Below, in pieces: positions 47,350-59,389 of a stretch of 64,000 nucleotides of DNA. The stretch lies in NCBI GenBank assembly GCA_949358305.1, contig OX442314.1:1674001-1738000 (forward strand), written 5' to 3'. The stretch's first letter is position 1, and each line of letters begins with the position of its first letter. Origin of the DNA: Strigamia acuminata. Lineage: Eukaryota. Under the pieces are notes generated by a model. The model saw only the letters and a list, made by a program, of their open reading frames with translations. It searched no databases and was not told the origin of the DNA. A program made the translations under genes and the position numbers.

Positions 47350-47880
47350 AACCGCGGAAGCAACCATTAGTGGGATGTTATCGGGGTTGATCCATCCAGC
47401 GCCTTCAACCGCGATGGCGACGTTGGCAAATGGCAACCAATCGTCGCGATGGCGCATTTCACTGCCGGTGATTGTGCACGGGGTTACAATTGGGACGGCT
47501 CCGTCGTAATCGTAGGTTTGGGTTATTCTGCTGAAACGCTGGTTGCCCAAGTTGACTAATTCGTCGTGTTGGACGCCTGAAATTAGTAAAATCTTAATTT
47601 AAAATGATTTTATGGTAAATTTAACATAAAAAATGTAATCATTTTCACCTCCAGCTGCAGCTAGAACCTTGCGAGGCCACTTGAAGTGATTTTTGATGTA
47701 ATTATAATTAAATCAGTTTTCGAAATGGTTCTAAAATTACAATAACAAAAATCAAATAAATAATTTTTCCATCATTGCTGCTGAATAAACATTTATTTAA
47801 TCAAAATTTCAACCTAGATTACGAGTATGCGCCACAAAACGGTTCGTGTCACTTAATATTCTCAGTCGGGCCTAGAGCGG
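47350..47880 (-). pseudogene. PMPCB: Mitochondrial processing peptidase beta / UQCRC1-family intron-containing fragment
   Basis: Exon remnants LGPTENI / YIKNHFKWPRKVLAAAG / GVQHDELVNL..ITGSEMRHRDDWLPFANVAIAVEGAGWINPDNIPLMVAS; truncated at both ends and frameshifted. Confidence 0.8.
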
Positions 47881-48312
47881 GCAATCCCAATAATATATTT
47901 TTTTTTAGGTGAAAACCATCCCTCAAGAATTCGCACAACATCCAATCATGACATTTTGTTGTGAATTACATGGGGTGCTAAAAAACGCCGACCAAGACAA
48001 CTTTTTTGTCGAAACAAGCAAGATGGAAAAGCTATTTGTTCAAATTAACAGCAAAACCAAAAAGGGCTTCAACGTTATTTTATTTTAATTGAAGAAAAAG
48101 AGTTACAAAAATCTAAATAATTTGCTGAAAGAAACGCTCGTCTTTCCCAAACACGAAGTTATTCAATTCAGCTACAAAAGTTGAATTTCTTTTTATCGTT
48201 TATTTTAATTTTTTTTATATTTGTTTTTAATTTTTGCTGATTTGTTGAAGAATTTTCCAAAGTTCCACCCTGGCAGTACGCAGCGCAATTTGTTAGGAGT
48301 TGGGACCAGACA

Positions 48313-48950
48313 TTGAACGCACGGTCGTTCTCCGGATTCATCACACTTGATGGAAATTCGATCATTAACTGGAAGTGCCAAAAACAAGCGATTGTTGCAA
48401 TGTCGAGTACAGAGAGTGAGCTGTTGGCGCTGACCGAAGGAGTGCGCGAATTAATCTGGTTGAAGCAGCTCGCAATTGGATTAAATGGAGAAGTCGACGA
48501 CGGAAAGCCCACAACAATGCACTGCGACAGTTTGAACGCAGTAAAACTGTTGCGAGGCGGTGCACAGAAGACGAGAACCAAACATCTAAATCGCAAGGTT
48601 CATTTCATCAAACAAGATATCGAGGATGGAAATGTTATCGTGGAACATGTCGCGAGCAAGGACATGTTAGCTGACTTTTTAACGAAGCCTTTGGCAGGAC
48701 CGGTGCTGAATGGAATATTAGAAGCACTAGGACTAAAGACTGTGGGGGAATAATAACATTATTGTGTGCAGTGCCTAACTTTAATTTGTTTGAATTGAAA
48801 AATTGTTTTTGTTTAATTGTGTTTATTGAGAAGTGTCCTTTTTGTGACGAAATCGAATTGTTGATTTTGGGGGAATTTGTTGGGATATTTGATGTGGAAA
48901 ATCATCACTTGATGTCGTAGATTGTGTAATTTATGTTTTGTATCACGTGG
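48313..48950 (+). mobile_element. 3' fragment of a second Copia family (RNase H, PPT, start of 3' LTR)
   Basis: RSFSG..INWKCQKQAIVAMSSTESE..MLADFLTKPL; GGGGGAATT then TGTTGGG at 48878. Confidence 0.88.
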
Positions 48951-49050
48951 TGATAATAATAATAATTAATAATAATTAATATATATTTAATTTAAATCAA
49001 AAACATAACACTACTGTTTGAATGCAGCTAGTGCTTAAAATTTAAACACT

Positions 49051-50303
49051 AGCTGCATTCAAAAAGTCATGTTTTAAGTTTTTATGTTTTAGAATTGTGT
49101 TTTGAATTGTGTGTTTTGAAGCAGACTTTTTGAGTGGTTGAGTTTTTGTTGTGTTTTGCAAGTGTTTTTCAAGTGTTTTGAAGTTTGCCATGGTTACCTT
49201 TTCAAAATGGTTACCCACATGGATACCCACATTGAAGGACCAATCAGGAAAAGGTAGATTCTTCATAAATCATTAGTTTGGTGCCATAAGTATTCAAATA
49301 TTATACACACACAACAAATTTAGAATTATAATTTAAATTAAATACATTTATAATTTCAATCAAAGTAATTTATAATTTCAATCAAATTAATTTATAATTT
49401 CAATCAAATTAATTTATAATTTCAATCAAATTAATTTATAATTTCAATCAAATTAATTTATAATTTCAATCAAATTAATTTATAATTTCAATCAAATTAA
49501 TTTATAATTATTAAATGGAATTTATTCATAATTATTAAATGGAATTTATTCATAATTATTAAATGAAATTAATTTATAATTATTAAATTAAATAAAATTT
49601 TAATTTTAATTTTAAGTTAGAAAAAGAATTTCACAGATTCAATCCAAAATTTAAAGAAATTGAAATGCGCAATCAGGCTCATTCACGCTCATTCACACTC
49701 ATTCACTTCACATTGATATCAACGTAAGCACTATCAACGTTGGTGGTATTGTTTAAAATGTAAGTGGCATCTCATTTTTATGTTTAATTGTCATGCAGAG
49801 AGTATGATTCTGCTTATAAAGTCACAACAAAAGTTAATATCGGTATTAAATTAAACAATACAGACCTGCAAGCCGCCGTTTGAAATTAGATGGAGGACAA
49901 AATGGCTGCCAGTTGACTGGTGAAAAACACAAAATCTGACTAAAACACTTATTTGCTAAAACGTTCCATTTTGAGTTTTTGTGTTTTTGTGTGTTTTAGG
50001 CCCATAAACACAAACACTAGTGGAAGTGACATCATGAAATATAAACACAAACACCTGAACACATGTAAAACACAACATTTTGAATGCAGATTATTTGAAG
50101 TGTTTTGAATTTGTGTTTACAAAATTTCTGCTGTCCAAATGCCATCAAAACACACACAATCCTCCCTAAACACTCAACTAAAACACTACATTTGAAGTGT
50201 TTGTGTTTTGGCATTTTTTTGGACCAAAAACACAAACATTTGAGGAAATGACATCATCAAACCAAAACACAAACACTTAAAACACGACTTTTGGAATGCA
50301 GCT
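49051..50303. mobile_element. Non-autonomous TIR element, probably PIF/Harbinger-like, TSD ACT
   Basis: About 40-bp imperfect TIR starting AGCTGCATTC(A/C)AAAAGTC; ACT at 49048-49050 and 50304-50306; internal AT-rich tandem repeats at 49340-49600. Confidence 0.8.
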
Positions 50304-50410
50304 ACTGACTGTAGAAATAATTTATTTTGGGAGTTTAATTTAGAAAAAAAATTTGAAAAGCAATATAAATTTATTAATGCAATATTAAACTTTTTAATTG
50401 ATCCATTTAG

Positions 50411-53080
50411 ATGCAAAAAGTGGATTATTAATTGCCGGAGATCCGACTTAGATGGCAAGAACTTATCTGAAATCAGTAAAAAGCTTAAGTTATGTGAGGA
50501 GCACTTTGAAGCAAATCAATTTATGAACCCGGCAGAAAAAGGAATTCCAAAACCAAGAAAACGATTAATTTGGTCGGCCATTCCAACATTAATTAATGTT
50601 GCTAATCCTCCACCCACCGTAGGCAGCAAAAGAAAAGTCACATCAAGACTTAATAACAGCAACCCTCTACCAAAAAAAAAGAAGACTGTTACAAACCAAC
50701 ACATGGTCACTGCATTGACTAACTGCCAGCAAGAGGTCAACCGACTTTTAACTGATGACAGGCCTTCCTCATTTCTGAGTGATCGACCATGTTCATCACT
50801 CAGCAGTGATCGACCGTGTTCATCACTCAGCAGTGATCGACCGTGTTCATCACTCAGCAGTGATCTACCGTGTTCATCACTCAGCAGTGATCGACCCTGT
50901 TCATCACTTAGTGACAGGCTCTCTACAGAGTCTCAAAGCACGCCACGTAAAATAAAATTACGGAGGCTGTTACATTGCACAAGGCAGAAGATCTATCGTG
51001 CCAAGAAGCTACTGCGATCAAAGCCACTGGAGACCGTATCAATGCAGCAATTCTTGGACATGAGTGCAAATTTTCTGACAGGACCATCATTGTCGTTTTT
51101 TAAATCTCAAATATCTGCACATTCCAAGCTAAGAAGACAGTTGAGATGGACTGATGATGATAAAATGTTGGCCCTTTCAATTTACCACTGTAGTCCAAAA
51201 ACCTAAAAAATGTTACGAAAGCTTTTTGCCTTACCATGCATTCGTACTTTGCAAAGACTAGTGGAAAATGTGAACATATCACCAGGTATTAGTTGTGACG
51301 TTTTAACTTTGTTAAAGAAGAAGACTGAAACATTTACACCATTGGAAAAATTATGCATAATTAGCTTTGATGAGATGGCTCTTAGCATAGCTTTAACATA
51401 CAACAAGGCAACTGACGAGGTGATTGGGTTTGAAGACTTTGGTGACCAATTAGGAAGAACTTCAAAAATTGCTTCCCAAGTACTTGTGTTTATGTTGCGC
51501 TCAATTACAGGAAAATGGAAGCAAATTTTGGGGTATACGTATTCTCGGAATGCAACAAGTGCTAGCAATATAGCATCTCTATTAAAGGGTTGGTGGTGGA
51601 AATTCAAAATACAGGTTTGAATGTTGTTGCGATGGTGTGTGATCAAGGCCCAACAAATAGGGTTTTGGTTGAAAAACACCTGAAAGTGTTCCCAAGCATT
51701 CCATACTTCCATTTCGGTGAGCAGCAAAAGTGTTTTGTGTTATATGATATTCCCCATCTTGTTAAATCTATTCGCAATAATTTTAAAAAGTATGATTTTG
51801 AAGTGGATGGTTTTGTGGTCAAATGGAAGTACATTTCGGAAATGTACAAAGCGGATGCTCTGAAGGTGACAGGGTTCAGACTGGCTCTAAAACTGCAGCA
51901 GCGATATATCCTCTTGCCAGGATTTGCTAAACAGAATGTTAAACTGGCAATGCAGATATTTAGCCACAGTGTGTTTGCAGGTATTATGGTTTATTCTGCA
52001 ATGAACAAACTACCTGCAGAAGCAACACACACAGCTCTTTTCATACAAAAAATGGATCAGTTGATTGATTCATGCAATTCAAAATGCATAAATCATAAGA
52101 AATTATTCAAACGAGCAATTTGTGACAAAAATACACACATTATCGGTTTAATAGCAAATGCAATTTCATCTTTTTCCTCATTAAAAGTAATCGGTGCAAG
52201 AAACCAAACCGTTCCTTGCATAAGTGGTTGGATTCTCACCTTAAATTCAATATTGCAGCTGTGGGAATATTTAAAAAAGGACAATTTAAAATTTTTAATG
52301 ACTTATAGATTAAACCAGGATTGTTTAGAAAATGCATTTTCAGTTATTCGGCATAGGGGTGGATTTATGGATCATCCAGATGCTCAAAAATTTTACTTCT
52401 CATTGAGAAAAGTGGTCACAAGTTCGCTTTTTACAGCTAGTGATCAGGCAATTTGTCAGGAAGATTTTGATAAATTTCTTTTGGGAATTACAGAGCTGAC
52501 CCAGAAGAAAATATCACGTCCCTGCACAAAGATTGGCAAAGCAAATGCTATTGACCCTGTAGTACTGGATGAAATACCAGCACACCTGCAGGAATTAACT
52601 TTAAATGAGGAAAATGCAATTACCTACATTGCTGGTTATCTCAGCAAAAAAATTTTAGATGGCCATATTTGTGCACAATGCAAAAGTGCTTTAATTAACC
52701 CAAGTAAAGTATTTGAAAGTGACAGTCAATTGTTTTTACTTTTTAAAGATTACAAAGGGGGGGATAGTATTAATTCACTGTGTGTTCCATCTAAGGATTT
52801 GGAAGAATCTCTTAAAAAAACAACAATTCTTTTTGATAAAGTTCTACCAAAATTGCTTCACTTAAACAATGATGAAGATTAATAGAATATGCTATCACTT
52901 ACGAGTACTTTACTTGGTTTAAGGGATGCGATTCCACTTTGAATAAGCTTTTAGATGTGTTTTGCAATGTTATAATTTTTTCATATGTTCTTAATTTAAA
53001 CAGGCAGTTTGTTGTGGATAAAATCGAGAAACAAAAAACTAACAAATTAAAAAAACTTAATGCCATTCAAAATACCTAAT
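50411..53080 (+). pseudogene. P-element/THAP9-type transposase, decayed
   Basis: THAP C-terminal half (CKKWIINCRR..LCEEHF..LIWSAIPTL), then FDEM, VCDQG, YDIPHLVKSIRNN, LNQDCLENAFSVIR. Stop at 51204 and frameshifts near 51590 and 52870; 27-bp coding repeat at 50780-50910. Confidence 0.9.
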
Positions 53081-53551
53081 CAAATTTAAAATTTTATTTT
53101 TCAATTTTTCAATTTTTTTTTTAAATTTTTAAATTTTTGTTTTCAATTTTCCAATTTTCCAATTTTTTTTCTTCAATTTTTCAATTTTAAAATGTGAAAT
53201 TTTATTTTTCAATTTTCAATTTTTCAATTTTATTTTTCAATTTTCAATTTTTCAATTTTATTTTTCAATTTTCAATTTTTCAATTTTATTTTTCAATTTT
53301 CAATTTTTCAATTTTATTTTTCAATTTTCAATTTTTAAATTTTTTTTCCAATTTTTTAATTTTTTAATTTTTAAATGTGATATTTTATTTTTCAATTTTC
53401 AATTACTAAAATGTACAAATTTATTATTCAATTTTCAATGATTAAAGATTACCTGTTTTTATGTAAATAAATCCAACAATTTTCATGAACGGCAATGTTA
53501 TTCTGTGCGCATTACCGTGTTTACCGCTTGGCGCGCTGCTGTGCGACTTGA

Positions 53552-53660
53552 CCACAGATTAGGGGATTTTCCCCTAATCTGTGGACTTGACCTTGACAGC
53601 ATGCGCTGAACAAAGGATTTTTAAGCAAGTGTCGCATTTGTGTTTTCCCCTAATCTGTGG
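53552..53660. repeat. Putative right terminus of the P-like element with a self-complementary subterminal copy
   Basis: CCACAGATTAGGGGATTTTCCCCTAATCTGTGG palindrome at 53552-53584 and TTTTCCCCTAATCTGTGG at 53643-53660. Confidence 0.6.
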
Positions 53661-53830
53661 GTGTGTCGCGAGCCGATAGCCGACTACAAGCGTTTCCAGA
53701 ATGGAAGGTGAGACTTGATTAAAAGTGAAATAGCGGATCCAAATATCAATCGCATTTCAACGCAAGTGTCCTCTGTTCTGTTTAGGGACAACCATTTTCT
53801 TGAATGGGAAAATTTTGTCCCGATTGATTT
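53661..53830 (+). pseudogene. Diverged RNF216-like exon 6/7 remnant
   Basis: VCREPIADYKRFQNGR|GTGAG followed by CPLF. Confidence 0.7.
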
Positions 53831-55732
53831 TTTTTTCTGCAAATTTGTGACTTTTTTTAATGTGATAATGAAGTATTTCTCAAGTGAAATTTAGTGGTCC
53901 ATCATTTATTTAATCAGATATTCTACGTGGAAATTTTCTACTCCTCGCTTCAAGTAAAAGAAACTCTCACCAGTGGGCGTTAGCAGTCGGCTGGTTAAAA
54001 CAAGTGTTTGTGCATGCGAGTTGGTAATTTGTGGCGCAAAATTCAAATTCACCAATGATTTTTTCGAAGTCATTGCTGATTGTTTTATACAGTAATTAAT
54101 AGCTAAAATTAGGTTTTTCTTAAGGAAGTTAACAAGCTTCAAATACCCTATTGATTCGATTAAGCAAGAACATCGTATTGTGATAATACAGTATTTTTTT
54201 TTGTATTTATTGCTTTTATTTTAATTTTTATCCATTTTCCAAACGACATCGAGGCCATTTATTATTTCTATTTTAAATTTGTATTTATTTTTCCAACAGC
54301 GGGTGAAGTCGGTGCGGGTCTCTTGCCAAATTCAAACGACGAACGAAACGCGAATTTCGACACGCCGAATACAGCAAAAGACGACTGGATCGGCGCGGCC
54401 AAGCTGGACGCGCGAAAAATTCTGGTAACGATCGACAAATTTCTTTGAAATTCGAAGTTTGATGAGATTTTGATTCGGTTTCAGCGCGGGATTGAATTGA
54501 CGTACAGCTACGTGCTTGTGAGCTTGTGTTTGCTGCTCAGTTGGCTGCTGGGTCAAATGGGATTCCCGATCGCTTGGGTCGTCCTTTTGCTGCTCTTTTT
54601 GGCTGCTGTTTTGCTCAGTATTTTCAAGCGATTGAATGAGTCCGTGGAATTCGAGAAACTGCTACTGCATCGACGACGAGCTTTGAAGAACGACGAAACC
54701 GTCGAGTGGCTCAATTTCCTCATCAACCGATGGTATTTAATTAGTATAATTACTAAAATTTAATAAAATTTCATTTAATGTTTTTTTATTTTATTTTTTT
54801 AATTTAGGTGGATTTTTAGTTCTCCGAGTATTTTTCCACTCGTGAAAAATTCGTTGGATCCGTTTCTGAATGAGTCGAAGCCGTCTTTTGTTGGTTGTTT
54901 TTCGAATTGTCGGTTTGTGGGGATGAATGGATTTTTTAAATTGTTTTTTTGTTGTTGTTTAGAGAGCATAGAACTTCGGGAATTTAGCTTGGGCGGTAGG
55001 ACGCCATTTATTAAGTCTGTTAAGGCGTTTGACGTGAGTTCGGGAGCGAAAACGCCGCTGACTTACTCGACTGTTTTCGCTAAGTCCGGGTTTAATTTGA
55101 CGCAAACCGAGAAATGTCAGTTGAATCTGGAATTGGACGTGGGATTGCAGTGTCCGGATTTTCGGATGTTGCTTTACTCGCGATTGGGTGGAAAAGAGTA
55201 AGGAGTTGTTTTAGGGAAATTTATATTTGATTTGATTGGATGGAATTAATTTTACTTTTATTTTTTAATTTTGGTTTTTAAGAGTTGGAATGGATTTGGA
55301 CATCGCTCTCGAGGAATTAAACTTAAATGGGAAATTGAGTTTGATTCTCAACCTGAATATGGATTCTAGTTTTCCGCACGTGACAAAAGCAACTATTTCT
55401 TTTCTCAAAAAGTAATGAAAAATTGATGGAATTTTGCAGTTTATGTTGTTTTATGAATGTCATATTCCTCACCGCCAGGTGTCTTTCCCACCTGTGCACC
55501 TGTATTTAGTACCAACCAATCGGTGCTTCGTATTGTATTTGGTGCTCTACGCACTCTCTCACATCTGTTTTGAATTAAATAAATCACTGTAAAATATTCA
55601 CCCAAAAGCCACGCGTATTCACTTTGTGTCTCCAAAATATATTCGAACCAAAACTACAGTTTATGATGCAATTTTGTTCTTATGAATTTTTTTGCCAACT
55701 AAAATAGCAGTTTGCGTATGAAATTTGCATTT

Positions 55733-56062
55733 TGCACATAAAAATTGGATTTTTGCACATAAAAATTGGATTTTTGCACATAAAAATTGGATTTTTGCAC
55801 ATAAAAATTGGATTTTTGCACATAAAAATTGGATTTTTGCACATAAAAATTGGATTTTTGCACATAAAAATTGGATTTTTGCACATAAAAATTGGATTTT
55901 TGCACATAAAAATTGGATTTTTGCACATAAAAATTGGATTTTTGCACATAAAAATTGGATTTTTGCACATAAAAATTGGATTTTTGCACATAAAAATTGG
56001 ATTTTTGCACATAAAAATTGGATTTTTGCACATAAAAATTGGATTTTTGCACATAAAAATTG
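55733..56062. repeat. 21-bp minisatellite (GCACATAAAAATTGGATTTTT), about 15 copies, intronic
   Basis: Homogeneous tandem array. Confidence 0.95.
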
Positions 56063-56280
56063 CAGTTTAACACAAAAATTGTAGTTTAACACAAAAATTG
56101 TAGTTTAACACAAAAATTGTAATTTAACACAAAAATTGTAGTTTAGCACATAATAATTGCAGTTTTGCTCGTGAAATTGCACTTTTGCATATAAAAATTG
56201 CGTTTACGCATGTAACAATTGTATTTTTTCATATAAAAATTGCGTATTTGCAGATAAAAATTGCGTTTTTGCAGATAAAA

Positions 56281-56632
56281 ATTGCATTTTTGCTTGTGAA
56301 ATTGCATTTTTGCTTGTGAAATTGCATTTTTGCTTGTGAAATTGCATTTTTGCTTGTAAAATTGCATTTTTGCTTGTGAAATTGCATTTTTGCTTGTGAA
56401 ATTGCATTTTTGCTTGTGAAATTGCATTTTTGCTTGTGAAATTGCATTTTTGATTGTGAAATTGCATTTTTGCTTGTAAAATTGCATTTTTGCTTGTGAA
56501 ATTGCATTTTTGCTTGTGAAATTGCATTTTTGCTTGTGAAATTGCATTTTTGCTTGTGAAATTGCATTTTTGCTTGTGAAATTGCATTTTTGCTTGTGAA
56601 ATTGCATTTTTGCTTGTGAAATTGCATTTTTG
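56281..56632. repeat. 20-bp minisatellite (ATTGCATTTTTGCTTGTGAA), about 17 copies, intronic
   Basis: Homogeneous tandem array related to the 21-bp unit. Confidence 0.95.
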
Positions 56633-57024
56633 CAAATCAAAATTGCAGATAAAAAATCAATTTTTGCATATAAAAATTTAATTTTTGCACTTTTTATTAA
56701 AATTCCAATTTCTTTCAGACCCGAAGTGTGGTTTAATTTACGTATTTTAAAAACGGTTCAATTGATGGAAGTTCCAGGATTAAAAATATGGATCCATTCA
56801 CTCGTAATGGACGCGTTGACGACAGGTAATTTAATTTACTCTGACGTTTTAATTAAAAGTGATGATAATTTATTCATTTGCAGCACTGGTCGATCCCGGC
56901 AAGTTGGACGTAGATATCTGTCCAATCGACGATTAGGTGCCCAGCCATTGCTTGAGCAATTCACTCGGTAATTCAAACAATTCGAAAAATTTAAATTTTT
57001 AAATCTTAAAATCTTTGTGAGGGT

Positions 57025-58169
57025 TGTGAAACCTTAACTATCAGTGCTCACTGTTGCCCCTAGGTAACGTGCAGGCGAATCAGCGGTAAATTCGAAATAT
57101 GGAATATAAGAATTACCACGAATATATTAATAAAGTTTTTTATACATTTGTAAGGAGTTGTTAGTGCCATCTATTATCTTTTACTTATAACACAATTAGC
57201 GCCATCTGTTGTTCAATTCTGTACTATATTATTAATTTAATTACAATAAACATGTCTACCCTAACTGTTTGTTGCTACACATTCATCTACATTCATGGGA
57301 TCAAAATTACACAATAATATAGATGTACCGTATGTTATTGTTTTATGCCAACCCAGAAAAGATTTGGTATCATCCTTGGAAATGTACCGAGCCGGATTAA
57401 GAGATTAATTAGAGATGGTCCGCTAAATCGACTTCCTGTTCCTTATCAGGATTAGTGTAATCCAAGATATGGTCCTCGGTATCCACTTCCTGTTTCACAT
57501 GATTGGAGGGATTTATGAAGTCCATGTTCCTATTAAATCCCTTAATCCAACCAAGAGTATATATTTCCTGACAACAGGCAGTGAAAGAGAATATTCTGAT
57601 TTCGGTTTCTTGTTGCTTGTCACTTGAAACCGTTGTATTGTTCTGGTACAAATAGATACAACCCCCGTTAATTGAAGATGAAGTGCTGGACTGGCCCGGC
57701 GGGCTACCGGGAGTTTCCCGGTGGCCGGTGGCCCGTGGCCGCTGTGGCCTGTGACTTCATTAATTGTGGCCCGGACACCCAGATTTCCCGGCAATAAATT
57801 TGTTCCCAGTCCAGCCCTGGTCCAGCTGTGGATAGAGAGAATACACCAACTTGCTGAGCGACGAGTATCTTCATGCATGGTGATGTGGTCATGTATGATA
57901 CAAAAATATTTAGTAACCGTGAGTAGCAGCATGTGTGTTTGTTTGACTCGTTTCATTGCGGATGGTGTCAAAGCAGTCTACTTAGTAGTATTGTGTGTGG
58001 CTATACTGCTGTGTGGAACCTGGAGTGTTTATACTTCGTAGCAAATTACTTGATAATCTGTGACGTGCGAGCGTCACCCCCCAAGTAAAAGTTGTAATAA
58101 AAAAGAACTGACTCATGTTTGACCCTCACTCAAGATGCCTCGTCACTGACTCCTTTCCTCAACATCACA
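57025..58169. mobile_element. Possible LTR at the junction truncating the SMP gene
   Basis: TGTGA...TCACA ends and AATAAA near the 3' end, but no matching TSD. Confidence 0.35.
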
Positions 58170-58252
58170 ACCATCAATCACTACAAAAAACACAGAAATG
58201 GCGACAAGAATGAGATTAAGTAATCACAACATATACCATAACTTTTGTGTTC

Positions 58253-58580
58253 TGCGCTCTGGAAGGTTTCCCCCACTGATGGTGAATTAATCAAACGCAA
58301 ATAAAAAATAATCGAACGTAATCGATTAATTCGATCCATTGCAGAACTGTTAATCAAGAGGAGGGAAACCAAGAAGAAAAAGAAGACCATGCCGGAAGTC
58401 ATCGGACATCGAAGAGAAATTGTTCATCGAGATGGAAGACGCGTGTAGCTTTTATAAACAAAAATTGTGGAATGTAATTACATTTAATTCCACTTATAGA
58501 ATTTAAAAAGTACAAAGAAACAGAGCGCCAGATAAAAATCGCAACGGCGGAGGAAAAGAACGAACTGATGACGTGCAGTT
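58253..58580 (+). pseudogene. RNF216-like exon 3-5 remnant with a short, LTR-free intron 3
   Basis: ALWKVSPTD|GT..CAG|ELLIK..KLFIEMED..NELMTCS. Confidence 0.8.
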
Positions 58581-59389
58581 TAATTAATTATTAAGAAATA
58601 CCTGAATCAATTTGCTGCTATCAAATTAAATCAATAAAACCGCCGGTTTTATTGATTTATTTTCGTGTTCTTTTTAAAAGAACCCGAAAGGCTCTTAGAC
58701 CTTTTCGTCCGACACTCGAAAATGAAAGGCGAAACTTGCATGGCTCGATGAGATGAATTTGAAATTTCACGCGCTGAACTCGCGCCGTTGTGTTTGATTT
58801 GTGTTTGTTTGTTGATATAAAGTTGAATTTCGTCGGCAGATGGACCGCTAGACGGAGATCGATCGGTCGCAACCATTCGACCAACTAAAACGATATGCAC
58901 CTCCTTATTTTCAGGTCGAACTCCGTGAAACACAGAGCCACAAAGTGAACAAATCAATTTTAAAACACAAAGTTCCTAATGATGTAATGTGAAGATGCGC
59001 AATTTCTTCTCTTTAGTTGCAGGTTGTTTTGTTAGTAAAGATCTAGTAAATAAAGCCGTCTTCTTCTTCTTCTAGAGAAATCAAATTCAATTGATAAGAT
59101 ATGAAGTGCTAATCTTGTAAATAATCATAAACTCAAATTTCAAATCGAGTTCACAGTCATTTATTCTATATTTTAAATAAAAGTGATAAGTGAAATAGAA
59201 TTTCTTTTCATGTACACGACGACCAATCAATCAATCCATCGATTTCAAAGAACAAACAATGAAAAAAATTGATTTTGTTTGTGTTCACAACGTCCTTAAA
59301 TGCCAGACAAAAATGAATTACGACGACGACGATGAGTTGCCTCACTTTTTCCGGTTGTTCTTGTTGCCTGTCAAATTGAATTGGTGTCG

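Larger units (their letters stand above)
54299..56968 (+). pseudogene. SMP-domain (extended synaptotagmin/tricalbin-like) gene, 5' part, probably a truncated pseudogene
   Basis: TM hairpin, then DETVEWLNFLINRW / ESIELREFSLGGRTP / FPHVTKATISF / PEVWFNL..LMEVPGLKIWIHSLV / LVDPGKLDVDI across six GT-AG exons. In-frame TAG near 56935; no C2 exons follow. Confidence 0.75.

Noticed and set aside
55661..56640. Repetitive ORFs in several frames
   Set aside because: By-products of intronic 21-bp and 20-bp minisatellites.
57681..57819. Small hAT-like TIR pair (GCTGGACTGG / CCAGTCCAGC)
   Set aside because: No matching 8-bp TSD, so it cannot be delimited.
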